This document shows, piece after piece, positions 17,579-27,023 of a stretch of 64,000 nt of DNA (the first letter of the stretch is position 1; each line of letters starts with the position of its first letter). The position numbers and the translations under genes were made by a program. The notes below the pieces were generated by a model. The model ran no database searches. It had not been told where the DNA came from and saw only the letters and a list, made by a program, of their open reading frames with translations. The stretch covers positions 4,681-68,680 of the forward strand of contig JACPBS010000006.1 in NCBI GenBank assembly GCA_016180195.1, written 5' to 3'. The stretch comes from Candidatus Woesearchaeota archaeon. Its GTDB lineage: Archaea > Nanobdellota > Nanobdellia > Woesearchaeales > UBA10216.

Positions 17579-18790
17579 ATGAGCAATCCTTGGGAAAGGG
17601 CAAAAAAGCAGCTTAGGGCAGCGTCTGAAAAGACAGGATTGGACCCCTATGCCGAGAAAAGGCTTTCAGAGCCGGACAGGACAATCGAAGTCAGCCTTCC
17701 AATGCGGATGGATGACGGGTCAGTAAAGGCTTTCAAAGGCTATCGGGTGCAGCACAACAACACGCTCGGACCTTACAAGGGCGGGCTCAGATACCACCTG
17801 ATGGTTTCAATGGATGAGGTCAAAGCCCTTGCTTTCTGGATGACCATTAAGAATGCGGTAATAGGGGTGCCGTTTGGGGGAGGGAAGGGAGGAATAATAG
17901 TTGACCCGAAAACTCTTTCCGGAAAGGAACTTGAAAGGCTTACCCGCCTCTTCACAAGGAGAATGTCTGATGTCATAGGACCCCTGAAGGACGTGCCTGC
18001 CCCTGATGTTAACACAAATTCCCAGGTAATGAAGTGGATTGCGGATGAGTACCGAAAAGCAACAGGCAAAAGCCAGCCTGCAGTCGTAACAGGCAAGCCT
18101 GTCTCATCTGGTGGCTCAGAAGGAAGAGAAGAAGCGACAGGAAAGGGAGGCGCTTACTGCCTCAATTCGCTCCTGAAAAGGATGAGGATCAAAAAGTCAA
18201 CCGTAGCGATCCAGGGATTCGGGAATGTAGGGATAAACCTTGCCAAATCGCTGATCGAAGAGGGATTCATAATCAAGGCAATATCAGACTCGAAAGGAGC
18301 AATATATGCTGAAGAGGGAATTAAGGATATTGAAGGGCTTGAAAAACACAAGATAGAGAAAGGAACGGTCACTGGATTCATGGGTCTCAGATCCATAAGA
18401 ACGCATGAATTGCTTGAGCTGGATGTGGACATACTTGCCCCCTCTGCTTTGGAAAATTCTGTCACAATCGAAAATGCAGCCAGGGTAAAGGCAGAAATAA
18501 TCCTTGAAATGGCAAACGGGCCCCTTACCGAAGACGCTGACAGGATTCTTAAAGACAGGATAGTCATACCTGACGTGCTTGCAAATTCTGGAGGAGTTGC
18601 AGTAAGCTATTTCGAATGGTACCAAAACATGCACAAAACCAAATGGAACAAGCAAAAGGTGTTTGGAAAACTCAAAGAGCTAATGGAAACCGCTGTCAAA
18701 AACACCCTTGAGAGGAAAGACAGGTACAAGACAAGCCTGAGAATCGCAGCTTACATACTGGCGCTTGAAAGGATAGGCCGCAAGATTTAA
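17579..18790 (+). CDS. gdhA: Glu/Leu/Phe/Val dehydrogenase (glutamate dehydrogenase)
   Basis: GPYKGGLRYH, GGGKGG, PAPDV, VVTGKP, QGFGNVG and PDVLANSGGV motifs; start set at MSNPWE. Confidence 0.95.
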   Translation: MSNPWERAKKQLRAASEKTGLDPYAEKRLSEPDRTIEVSLPMRMDDGSVKAFKGYRVQHNNTLGPYKGGLRYHLMVSMDEVKALAFWMTIKNAVIGVPFGGGKGGIIVDPKTLSGKELERLTRLFTRRMSDVIGPLKDVPAPDVNTNSQVMKWIADEYRKATGKSQPAVVTGKPVSSGGSEGREEATGKGGAYCLNSLLKRMRIKKSTVAIQGFGNVGINLAKSLIEEGFIIKAISDSKGAIYAEEGIKDIEGLEKHKIEKGTVTGFMGLRSIRTHELLELDVDILAPSALENSVTIENAARVKAEIILEMANGPLTEDADRILKDRIVIPDVLANSGGVAVSYFEWYQNMHKTKWNKQKVFGKLKELMETAVKNTLERKDRYKTSLRIAAYILALERIGRKI

Positions 18791-18815
18791 ATTAAAGCAT
18801 ATTCTTCCGGTAAAT

Positions 18816-19289
18816 ATGAGGACAAAGGCCATCGGGGCAGCCCTTCTCGGATTTTCGATCCTGCTCATAATAGCACTATCCATGGTCAAGATAAGCATTG
18901 ACAGCCAGTCTGCATCACTGTGCAGCTTCTACCAGGAAAAAGACCTTGATATGTCGCAATGCCCTGCCCACAAAAACAACACTTCATGGATCATGACCCT
19001 CCTATTCGGAATAGCTTTCCTCATCATGGGAATAGGGGGATACATCTTTATCCAGCAGGAAAAGCATGCCGTGACAGCTCCACGCTTCAGCGATGAAAAG
19101 CTGGATGAAGAAGAAAAGCGGATATTCGAGCTGATGAAACATAACAGCGGGTCAGCATACCAGAGCGACCTGATCCGGGAAACCGGGCTTTCCAAGGTAA
19201 AGATAACACGGGTACTTGACAAGCTGGAGTCAAAAGGCCTGCTGGAGAGAAAAAGAAGGGGAATGACCAATATTATAGTTCTCAAATGA
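18816..19289 (+). CDS. Membrane-anchored winged-HTH regulator (MarR-like C-terminus)
   Basis: Two TM helices flanking a C-x11-C loop; QSDLIRETGLSKVKITRVLDKLE HTH. Confidence 0.8.
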   Translation: MRTKAIGAALLGFSILLIIALSMVKISIDSQSASLCSFYQEKDLDMSQCPAHKNNTSWIMTLLFGIAFLIMGIGGYIFIQQEKHAVTAPRFSDEKLDEEEKRIFELMKHNSGSAYQSDLIRETGLSKVKITRVLDKLESKGLLERKRRGMTNIIVLK

Positions 19290-19300
19290 AACTAGTTTCA
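19287..19300. promoter_or_regulatory. Perfect 14-bp palindrome, possible operator
   Basis: TGAAACTAGTTTCA, between the regulator stop and the Cys-rich gene cluster. Confidence 0.45.
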
Positions 19301-19343
19301 CAGATATCATTATAAGCTGTTTCTTTAACCTTTTACATTAAAG

Positions 19344-19988
19344 GTGAAAAAAATGATGTCAAAAAACATGGCGGAAAAAGCTATAATGGTATTATCGGCA
19401 GTTGCATTCATACTTGTAGGGTTTGTTTTCCTCAAGGTAAATGCTATAGGAAACATGCCTGCTGTCCAGAACAACAATGATAATAACGCTGCTGCCTTTC
19501 AGCAGCCTGCGGGCTCATCAGTGGATGTCATACCCAAAGGCGAGCCAAGGATTTACGGCCCTGAACTCGGTGTAAGCTATGATGACATATCGTTGACGAA
19601 CCAGCAAAAGGCAGATGCAACGATAGCGAAGATTGGAAGGCTGGACACAAGCATAAAACTATCAGGAAAAGACCTGGAACGATACATAAAGATAGCCTCA
19701 CAGATCAGCTGCGAATACTGTTGCGGGGTTGATTCAATAATCACACAAAACGGACAGGCAGCATGCGGCTGCGCCCACAGCTACGCAATGAGGGGGCTTG
19801 GAAAATACCTTATCACCAAGCATCCGAATGAGTTTACGGACGACCAGATTCTTGAGGAAATGGGAAAATGGAAAACACTGTTTTTCCCGGGGCAGATGTC
19901 GAGCAAGGCACAAGTTCTAAAATCAAAGGGCATAGAGCTTAACTACATCAATCTTGCCTCAAACAAGTACAGGAACATCGAGGGGTGA
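19344..19988 (+). CDS. Membrane-anchored Cys-rich protein (PCYCGC-like motif)
   Basis: N-terminal TM helix; SCEYCCG and ACGCAHS motifs. Confidence 0.7.
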   Translation: MKKMMSKNMAEKAIMVLSAVAFILVGFVFLKVNAIGNMPAVQNNNDNNAAAFQQPAGSSVDVIPKGEPRIYGPELGVSYDDISLTNQQKADATIAKIGRLDTSIKLSGKDLERYIKIASQISCEYCCGVDSIITQNGQAACGCAHSYAMRGLGKYLITKHPNEFTDDQILEEMGKWKTLFFPGQMSSKAQVLKSKGIELNYINLASNKYRNIEG

Positions 19989-19995
19989 TGAAAAA

Positions 19996-20283
19996 ATGAG
20001 CCATTGTTGCGGAGAAAAGCATGAAGAAAGTCAAGAGAGCGAAAAGCATGAAACCCACCACAAAAAAGACAAGGCAGGGTTAAAGGAATATGCGCTGATT
20101 GGATTGCTGTTTGCACTAATAATCTTTGCGTCCATAACCGCGATTAAGATAAATGCACTCACAGGCGGGAACACCGATGTGCAGGACAACGGCGGCGGAG
20201 AGACATATGATGAAATGATGGCCAGAATGCACCCAGAACAGGCAGCTGCCAAGAACAACAATAACATGGTGGGCGGATGCTGA
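19996..20283 (+). CDS. Small His/Cys/Met-rich membrane protein
   Basis: MSHCCGEKH...HETHH, a TM helix, EMMARMHP, C-terminal MVGGC. Confidence 0.7.
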   Translation: MSHCCGEKHEESQESEKHETHHKKDKAGLKEYALIGLLFALIIFASITAIKINALTGGNTDVQDNGGGETYDEMMARMHPEQAAAKNNNNMVGGC

Positions 20284-20807
20284 ATAGGAAACTGGCAGCG
20301 CTATTGCCTGCCTTCTTACTTTTCCCAGTGGCAGCCCATGCACACTGCCCGCTATGCACGGCAGCAGTAGGGTCAGCAGCGGTTGCAGCGAAGTTCTATG
20401 GCGTTGACACGAGCATCCTTGGAGTGCTGATAGGGGCATTTGGGTTATCAACAGGCATATGGGCGGCGAACTCAATAAAGAAAAAAGTCATAAAATTTCA
20501 GACACCACTCATAGTGATAGGATCATTCCTGCTCACAACAATCCCGCTCCTGCCGATAATGCCTGAAACCTTTTACTTTCCGCTGCTGATAGCAGGGCAA
20601 AGCGGATCATTAATGAACAAGGTATACTGGATAAACAGGATGCTTGTAGGAGGATTATTGGGGGCAATGGCAACATTAATCGCATACTACGCACACAACA
20701 GGATCAAGGCGTTAAGGGGAAAAGTGCTGTTCCCGTACCAGGGCATAGCCTTCACCCTCGGAGCGCTTGCCCTGACAGGCATTTCACTTTACATCATGGT
20801 GAGGTAA
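20277..20807 (+). CDS. Membrane protein with an HCPLC motif
   Basis: Signal peptide, AHAHCPLC, about four TM helices. Confidence 0.75.
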   Translation: MLNRKLAALLPAFLLFPVAAHAHCPLCTAAVGSAAVAAKFYGVDTSILGVLIGAFGLSTGIWAANSIKKKVIKFQTPLIVIGSFLLTTIPLLPIMPETFYFPLLIAGQSGSLMNKVYWINRMLVGGLLGAMATLIAYYAHNRIKALRGKVLFPYQGIAFTLGALALTGISLYIMVR

Positions 20808-20810
20808 AAA

Positions 20811-21293
20811 ATGGATGACACCAGGAAATGGATTGAGAAGGTGCAGGCAACAAGAAAGGACGCAGACCTTTCATCAGATGAAGATCTTAGCATTGCACTC
20901 ATGAATTTGATAAGCCTTGAGGAGCATTCTTACTTTAGCTCAATGAAAACAGGCAACACTAAATACCTGGAGATGATGAATTCAGTGAGGGAGCTGAGGA
21001 AAACCCTGCTGAAAAGAATAGTGAAGAACCCTGAAGGGGAGGAATGGTGCATGAGCAAGCACCTATTGGCAGCAAGCATGAGGCTGATAGAAGTAGGGAC
21101 TAAAGAGCAAACCAAAGGGAACAAGGGTGATGCAGAGATGCTATTCAACTCGGCATTCCACCTGTACAGCCTTTTTTTCGCAATAAACTATAAGCTGGTC
21201 GGAATGGAGGAAATAAAAAAAGAGCCCGAACAAAAATCCGTGGGCAGGTTCTCAATGATAGTGAAGAAGCTCCTTGACTGCTGCAAGGAATAG
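20811..21293 (+). CDS. Hypothetical helical protein with putative metal ligands
   Basis: SLEEH, EWCMSKH and terminal DCCKE motifs. Confidence 0.75.
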   Translation: MDDTRKWIEKVQATRKDADLSSDEDLSIALMNLISLEEHSYFSSMKTGNTKYLEMMNSVRELRKTLLKRIVKNPEGEEWCMSKHLLAASMRLIEVGTKEQTKGNKGDAEMLFNSAFHLYSLFFAINYKLVGMEEIKKEPEQKSVGRFSMIVKKLLDCCKE

Positions 21294-21305
21294 AATCACT
21301 GTGTA

Positions 21306-21545
21306 GTGGAAAAATTTTATTACAGGATAACTCTGGAAAATAAGTTATATACACTTGAAACATGCATAGGTCCAGTGCAGTTGCGTTTTGATAGAGAAGG
21401 ATTGCCTTATTCAGTCATAGCTGCTGGAATGACAAGAGAACAGCTTGGGAAAACGATTCCTGATTGCAGCAGGGAAGCCTGCATGTTTGTTGACCTGCTA
21501 ATGCCCAAACATAGGCAAATTGAACTTTCCTATACTAGAGAATAA
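21306..21545 (+). CDS. Small hypothetical protein
   Basis: 79-aa ORF continuing the plus-strand run. Confidence 0.45.
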   Translation: MEKFYYRITLENKLYTLETCIGPVQLRFDREGLPYSVIAAGMTREQLGKTIPDCSREACMFVDLLMPKHRQIELSYTRE

Positions 21546-21552
21546 TTCATAC

Positions 21553-21888
21553 CTATTTCAGCTCGATCACGATCTTCCGCTTGTCCTGTGGATAAATGTT
21601 GACTTCCTGTCCTTTCTTCAGGTTGACGAAATCAGCGATTTTCTTGCTTATAGTCACTGCAACACTATTTCCTACCTGTCCGACCTTTGATTTTGCTGAT
21701 AGCCCCCAAAGGCCTTTTTCCTTGGCAACATTTTCGATCTTATTGAATACTTTCTCAGGAAATACCTGTTCATGGCAACTTGTACAGATGTCACACTCGA
21801 ACTTGCCTAAATTCTCCCCAAGGTAGATGTAATCAACTTTTCTCCTTACAATTTTTCCTCCGCATTCCTCGCAAGCAGTCCTTTCCAT
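21553..21888 (-). CDS. YgiT/MqsA-type zinc finger fused to an AbrB/MazE DNA-binding domain
   Basis: CEEC...CTSC followed by KVGQVGNSVAVTISK...GQEV. Confidence 0.8.
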   Translation of the reverse strand: MERTACEECGGKIVRRKVDYIYLGENLGKFECDICTSCHEQVFPEKVFNKIENVAKEKGLWGLSAKSKVGQVGNSVAVTISKKIADFVNLKKGQEVNIYPQDKRKIVIELK

Positions 21889-21978
21889 TTTTCAATCACC
21901 TATTCCACATAAACTGTCTTTATCTATAAAACCTTCTGTATGCTAAACAATATAAACAGCAAATACATTTTAATCATC

Positions 21979-22185
21979 ATGTGCCTAGCTATTCCGGGAA
22001 AAGTCGAGAAGATAGAGGGAATGAAAGCAGTGATCAGTTATGGAAAACAGAAGAGGATTGCAATGGTAACAAAAGATATTCCTGTAAGCACAGGTGACTA
22101 TGTGCTTGTGCAGATGGGCTGTGTTGTGCAGAAGCTTACCGGGGAAGAAGCAGAATCAAGCATGAAAGCATTGAATTCCCCCTAA
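21979..22185 (+). CDS. hypC: Hydrogenase maturation chaperone HypC/HupF
   Basis: MCLAIPGKV N-terminus; GDYVLV. Confidence 0.92.
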   Translation: MCLAIPGKVEKIEGMKAVISYGKQKRIAMVTKDIPVSTGDYVLVQMGCVVQKLTGEEAESSMKALNSP

Positions 22186-22896
22186 AACCCTTTCAGTATA
22201 CTCCTCAAGCCTCCTTTTCCTTCCATTGCTTAGCTGTTCACAGGCGTGGTTCCAGTGAACCGATACGAAATCGCCTGCAGAAAGATCTCTGAAAAGCCTG
22301 CTATCATAATTAATTTTCTTCTCAACATCTTTCCCAATAGCCAGGCTTTCGCCTTTCTTTACAAGCGGATTATGCTTTGTGAAAAGGGCGGTTTTCCGTA
22401 CTTCAACCACTTCCACACAGGAAACCCGGCAATTATCCATGTTTTCAATGTTAGGCAAAACAGAACCCGTAATATTCCCGACACCCACAAACACGACATT
22501 GAACAGGTGGGAGGGAAAAGGAGCTTCAGGCAGATTTTTTTTCAGTTTATCGGCAAGGAACGAGGGCAAGCCAACCGAAACCAGGCGATCTAGATGTCCT
22601 GAAAATTCGGCCCTTGAGAAACCATCCAATAGCTTGTTACCTAGCCAATAAGCCTCCACTACCTCTGGATCGAAAGGGTCTCTCCCGTGTTTTCCTGATA
22701 TGAAATCAAGGTAAGGATAGAGGCCCTCGAATTTGGCAAGCGAAGACCTGGCATCATCGCATTCCTTTTCCAGAATGCACTTCAAAAAAGAATCCTGGAC
22801 ATCAGAAGGGCCGCAAAAGCCGAGGCTGTTTGGAACGCGGGAATACCTCGAGCAGAGCTCAACTCCTGAATAGTCTCTTGGCACCAACAAAAACAC
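22156..22896 (-). CDS. Hydrogenase-associated hypothetical protein (DUF6390-like)
   Basis: PNSLGFCGP, VVEAYWLGN, NCRVS and VSVHW motifs; hydrogenase gene context. Confidence 0.7.
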   Translation of the reverse strand: MFLLVPRDYSGVELCSRYSRVPNSLGFCGPSDVQDSFLKCILEKECDDARSSLAKFEGLYPYLDFISGKHGRDPFDPEVVEAYWLGNKLLDGFSRAEFSGHLDRLVSVGLPSFLADKLKKNLPEAPFPSHLFNVVFVGVGNITGSVLPNIENMDNCRVSCVEVVEVRKTALFTKHNPLVKKGESLAIGKDVEKKINYDSRLFRDLSAGDFVSVHWNHACEQLSNGRKRRLEEYTERVLGGIQCFHA

Positions 22897-23758
22897 CCTC
22901 TGAATAGACAGCTAGGAAAACTCCTCCCAAAATGAGAATCATCCCGAATGCCTCGGCAGGGCTGATGGCTGCAGATGATAAGGCAAAAGAAAGCAAGGTC
23001 GTGATCGGAGAGCCTATAAGGAGTATCGTTGTTGCCTTGGAAACATCAACAAGCTTGAGCCCATTATACCATAACAGCACATAACCCAAGAGCAGGAAGG
23101 ACGTGATAAGTATCCATAAAATTTGTGATCGGTCCAGTGAAAAAAGCAAGTGGGTCTTGTCGGTTGCAATCAGGAATGCAAGCAAAAAGAGCGCGCCAAA
23201 ACCCATCCTCCCGGCGGCAACAACAGTGCCATCCAATCTTTTGAGAACATGCTTTGAAAGAGTGTTCTCAGCGGCCCAAAGAAAGGTTGCTGCAAGAACC
23301 ATCATCTCACCCAGCCCAAAGCTCAGGCCGTTCATCTTTAACAACAGGAAGTTGCCTGCCAGCAAAGCGATACCTGCAGCGAAAAATCCCCTGCTTACCT
23401 TCTCCTTCAGCAGGATCACCGCAAAAACAGCGACGAATATGAACAGCGTCTTGTGCAAGAAAGCCCCCATGCTGCCTGAAACAAGCTGAAGGCCGCGGAA
23501 AAAGAGAAGAAAAGGGATCGATCCACCGATCAGGCCAATGACAGCAAGCAAACACCATTCCTTTAGAGAGATGTTTCTCCAGGAATTGCCTGAAAACATG
23601 GCAAGAATGGAAATAAGCAATATGGCAACAACAAGGTTTTTTGAAAATGTGAATACCGAGGAATCCATGCCGGAAACAGCGTACTTGTTTAGGAAAATTG
23701 AAAAGCCGCTAATAACTGCTGTACCAGTGACCAGAAGGAGCCCTTTGTTTTCCATCAA
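22859..23758 (-). CDS. EamA/DMT family transporter
   Basis: Ten TM helices in two repeats; LLKEKV motif. Confidence 0.88.
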   Translation of the reverse strand: MMENKGLLLVTGTAVISGFSIFLNKYAVSGMDSSVFTFSKNLVVAILLISILAMFSGNSWRNISLKEWCLLAVIGLIGGSIPFLLFFRGLQLVSGSMGAFLHKTLFIFVAVFAVILLKEKVSRGFFAAGIALLAGNFLLLKMNGLSFGLGEMMVLAATFLWAAENTLSKHVLKRLDGTVVAAGRMGFGALFLLAFLIATDKTHLLFSLDRSQILWILITSFLLLGYVLLWYNGLKLVDVSKATTILLIGSPITTLLSFALSSAAISPAEAFGMILILGGVFLAVYSEGVFVGAKRLFRS

Positions 23759-24498
23759 TTTACCTCTTTATGAACAACTTCTTCCTCAGTTACCACATTG
23801 ACAAGCAAATCCCTGTACTCGTATTCCAAAGATCCGATTATAACCTTGACAGGTATGCCATATGTGCTGTCAAGCCACACTGTTCCATTGCTTCCGGACG
23901 AGTCCGTGAAATCTATCACCTCAACACGCCTTCCGCCAATCATTTCAGAGCTCTTTTCCGCGTTTACAGAAGCAGACCTGATGGATGATGTGAACTCAAG
24001 CGGCGTGACCCTGTAAACCTTGCTGAAATCGAGGCTGACCGCAGATTTCTGGTCATTGCAAACACCCAATGACTCGCAATAGCCAACTGCGGTCTTTCTG
24101 CCTGCATCAAAGTATATCGTGTCGAAAAAAGAGTCGTTATAAAAATCAGTCTTAGGGATTCTCATCTTGCTAAGGTTCCCCCTGGCATAAAAGCCATACC
24201 CCATTGAATCATCGGGAGGACCATAATAGACATAACTATAGCCTTTTACCTTTTTTGTCTTGTTAAGGAAAACCTGAACAGAAGGATCGATTGAAACGCC
24301 TGAAACAGTTGCATTAATGCCGACAGTCCTGGTTTGCTCGGGTGCTTCCTCCACCTTTGATTCATTTGCTGAAGGCTCCTCAGGTTTGGATTCCTCGACA
24401 GGAACAGAGTCATCCTTGGGCAATGAAGGAGCATTTTTTGAACACCCCAAGATCAGAAGAATGGATAAAAAGACAACAGCAACAAACAATTTCTTCAT
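23755..24498 (-). CDS. Lipoprotein-like secreted protein (possible LolA-like beta fold)
   Basis: MKKLF...LILGC lipobox-like signal; Pro/Glu linker; beta-rich domain ending VWLDSTYGIPVKV. Confidence 0.65.
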   Translation of the reverse strand: MKKLFVAVVFLSILLILGCSKNAPSLPKDDSVPVEESKPEEPSANESKVEEAPEQTRTVGINATVSGVSIDPSVQVFLNKTKKVKGYSYVYYGPPDDSMGYGFYARGNLSKMRIPKTDFYNDSFFDTIYFDAGRKTAVGYCESLGVCNDQKSAVSLDFSKVYRVTPLEFTSSIRSASVNAEKSSEMIGGRRVEVIDFTDSSGSNGTVWLDSTYGIPVKVIIGSLEYEYRDLLVNVVTEEEVVHKEVN

Positions 24499-24551
24499 GA
24501 AAAACCAAACAGGGGGAATCTTTAAATATTTTATTATTCTGGCCACAAGGG

Positions 24552-24938
24552 ATGAAGATATATCTTGTCGGCAATCCGCTGCTGCCATCCGATTCGATCC
24601 CGTTGATGATGGCACCCGAATTGAGAAAAGAATTCCCAAATATTGAATTCGCAGAGCTTGACCCCTCAGAGGAATTCCCGGAATCTAAAAGGCTGATCAT
24701 AATAGATACAGTTGAAGAATCAGATAAAGTCAGGATACTTGACGATGTTGAAAAAATTTCCAAGGAACCAAGACATTCCCCCCATGATTTCGGGATTGGA
24801 ACACACATAAAGCTCATGAAGAAGCTGGGCAGGCTGGATAACGCATTGATAATCTGCGTTCCCCAAAAAATGAGGTTTTCTGATGCCCTGAAAGGGGTTA
24901 AGGAGAAAATACGGCGAATCAGTTCCAGTTTACCTTGA
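24552..24938 (+). CDS. Hydrogenase maturation protease-like protein (HycI/HyaD family)
   Basis: LVGNPLLPSD, IIIDTV and HDF motifs; adjacent to the large subunit. Confidence 0.7.
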   Translation: MKIYLVGNPLLPSDSIPLMMAPELRKEFPNIEFAELDPSEEFPESKRLIIIDTVEESDKVRILDDVEKISKEPRHSPHDFGIGTHIKLMKKLGRLDNALIICVPQKMRFSDALKGVKEKIRRISSSLP

Positions 24939-26211
24939 GGAAATGGCTGGCGCAGCTCATGCACGGGTCGTAAGCGCGGATAAGCTTCTCAATCTCATGC
25001 TGAATGGACTCGCGGTCACGATCGATATTCATCTCCACGACTTGCTTGATATCTTTTTCCATCTTCACCTGGTTCTGCTGGGTTGGAACAACAACAATCG
25101 CGTCATCGATAATGCCTTTCTCGCTGATGCTCAGTTTGTAGAACAGAATTCCCCTGGGTGCCTCGACCGCAGAAAAACCCGTGCCTGATTTCCTTGCAGG
25201 CTCTGATTTTTCCTCTTTTTTGAACTCCAGTGCTTCCAGCAGCCTGATTGACTGGTCAATGCAGTGGAGTGTCTCGATTGCCTGCCCAAGGTTGTTGTGA
25301 AAAACATTTTCAGACGGAAATAAACGGAGGAATTTTGAAGCGTCCTTTTTAGTGCTTCTCTCAAGCGCTGCCTTATTGAGGTTCAGCCTGGCAATAGCCC
25401 CAAGCATGAATTCTGTTCCTTCGAACACATAGCCAACTGCCTGGGAGTAGGGGATTATCACCTGTTCCAGGTATTCATAATAAGATTTCATGGAAAACTT
25501 TATTCCCGAAGAAGCCTTGACCCTGTGCCCGTAAGGCAGGAAATTCTTTCCAGACACCGTTACGAAATTCGTCTTCCGGGTCAAATCAAACTTGCATTCA
25601 TGAAAAGTCCTTATAACGTTCAGAACGAAAGGCCTCATCTTCCTAAGTTCCTCAATCATCGAAGGTATTTCGCCTTTTTCCGGAAGCCTAAGGTGGCCGC
25701 CAACAATTGGGTAAGGCGCATGAACAGCCCTTCCTGCAATCAACTGCGATAATTTGTTGCCCGCACCCTTAACAGCGAAAGCCTCCTCAAGCCATCTTCT
25801 CTCTTCTGGCTTGTTCTCGTCCAAGTCAAGAAGCGAGTCCTTCCCCAGCACGTCGGGAAGGGCGAAAAGATAAAGATGTAGCGCGTGATCCCTGATGTAC
25901 ATGCCGTTCATTGACAAAATCCTAAGCACCTCAGTCTGATCAGACACCTTTATACCCAACGCATCCTCAATTGCCCTGATGCAGCAGATTATATGGGCGA
26001 TGCTGCAGGTCCCGCAGATCCTCGACATCAGCTGCGGCGCTGCAAGGTAATGCTTTCCCCTGATAGCCTGAGTGTAAAACCTCTTGTTTTCAGTGATCTG
26101 AAGCCTGCATGATTCAACCTTTCCGTCCCGTATCCTGACATCAAGGGTTGCGTGGCCCTCTATCTTGCTCAACTGGTCGATCGTGATATCGTCATGATTA
26201 TGCATCAGCAA
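24919..26211 (-). CDS. [NiFe]-hydrogenase large subunit, group 3b-like
   Basis: L1 motif RICGTCSIAH; L2 motif DPCMSCASH plus a 7-aa tail; EAPRG. Confidence 0.93.
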   Translation of the reverse strand: MLMHNHDDITIDQLSKIEGHATLDVRIRDGKVESCRLQITENKRFYTQAIRGKHYLAAPQLMSRICGTCSIAHIICCIRAIEDALGIKVSDQTEVLRILSMNGMYIRDHALHLYLFALPDVLGKDSLLDLDENKPEERRWLEEAFAVKGAGNKLSQLIAGRAVHAPYPIVGGHLRLPEKGEIPSMIEELRKMRPFVLNVIRTFHECKFDLTRKTNFVTVSGKNFLPYGHRVKASSGIKFSMKSYYEYLEQVIIPYSQAVGYVFEGTEFMLGAIARLNLNKAALERSTKKDASKFLRLFPSENVFHNNLGQAIETLHCIDQSIRLLEALEFKKEEKSEPARKSGTGFSAVEAPRGILFYKLSISEKGIIDDAIVVVPTQQNQVKMEKDIKQVVEMNIDRDRESIQHEIEKLIRAYDPCMSCASHFLKVNWN

Positions 26212-26684
26212 ACACCGAATTCCGTGAGATATTTTTTTAAGACTTCCATGAACTTAGGCTCTGACATCGGGCAGCCTGGCACGAAATCATCCACCTTAAC
26301 AACATCCTTGACAGAAAGCACCTTCTCAGCCAGCCTGAAGCGATCAACAAGCATCTTAATACATGCCTTCTTTTCTTCGCTGAAATCATTCCTTTGGGCA
26401 GAGGGCATTCCATCAACAGCACAGGAGCCGACAGCAACAAGCCTCTTGCATAATGACCTTATTTTCCTGAGATCAGCCGCATCCTTCTCCGTCGCGATAG
26501 CGCCCTCAATAAAGGCAACGTCCATCTCCTCCATCAAATTTTTGGACTTCAGGATTCTGGCATGCCTGAAATCAAGCAGGCGTTTCCATTCCAAATAATG
26601 CTCATTCATCATCTCAACAAACACGATGGTGCTGTCCTCAGAGCACGAAAAAGAGAACCATCCGACCCTTAACTTTTTCTGCAT
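26205..26684 (-). CDS. [NiFe]-hydrogenase small subunit, truncated to the proximal-cluster domain
   Basis: FSCSEDS, VAVGSCA and VPGCP motifs; only 159 aa. Confidence 0.85.
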   Translation of the reverse strand: MQKKLRVGWFSFSCSEDSTIVFVEMMNEHYLEWKRLLDFRHARILKSKNLMEEMDVAFIEGAIATEKDAADLRKIRSLCKRLVAVGSCAVDGMPSAQRNDFSEEKKACIKMLVDRFRLAEKVLSVKDVVKVDDFVPGCPMSEPKFMEVLKKYLTEFGVC

Positions 26685-26786
26685 GCTGTTTTTCCCAATC
26701 CAGCGCTATATAATTTTTGTGCTTGAACTGGCCCGGATTATTTTGTCATCATGTAGTGGTTATTGGGAATTAAATTTAAATATTAA

Positions 26787-27023
26787 TTGTCGTTCAACAA
26801 CAAAATGACTGCTGATTCACGTGTCGTGGATGCGCTAGACCGGATATCATACAGCCAGCCCTATGCGATAATCGAAAGCCTCGAAGAACTGACAGAAAAA
26901 CAGCTGGAACTCCTGTACGCAGGGCTGAAAGAACCTGAAAACCAGGCAACCTTGGCTCAGCTGATGTATTTCCAGAAATACCTTGACAAATTCATGCCCG
27001 AAGTGTCAAGAACCCCGGGCTAA
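26787..27023 (+). CDS. Small hypothetical protein whose stop codon lies inside the repeat element
   Basis: 78-aa ORF; its last codons read into TGTCAAGAACCCCGGGCTAA. Confidence 0.45.
   Translation: MSFNNKMTADSRVVDALDRISYSQPYAIIESLEELTEKQLELLYAGLKEPENQATLAQLMYFQKYLDKFMPEVSRTPG

Noticed and set aside
19461-19500. AAC/AAT-rich stretch (and a similar one near 20250) as the DGR template repeat
   Set aside because: The flanks do not match the GGGCGCCTGGCG or GGGCGTTTCGTCGG constant parts of the variable region; these are Asn-rich linkers in ordinary ORFs
24919-26684. Selenocysteine or stop-codon recoding in the hydrogenase
   Set aside because: All ligand positions are Cys or Ser codons, and TGA serves as a normal stop in many ATGA overlaps
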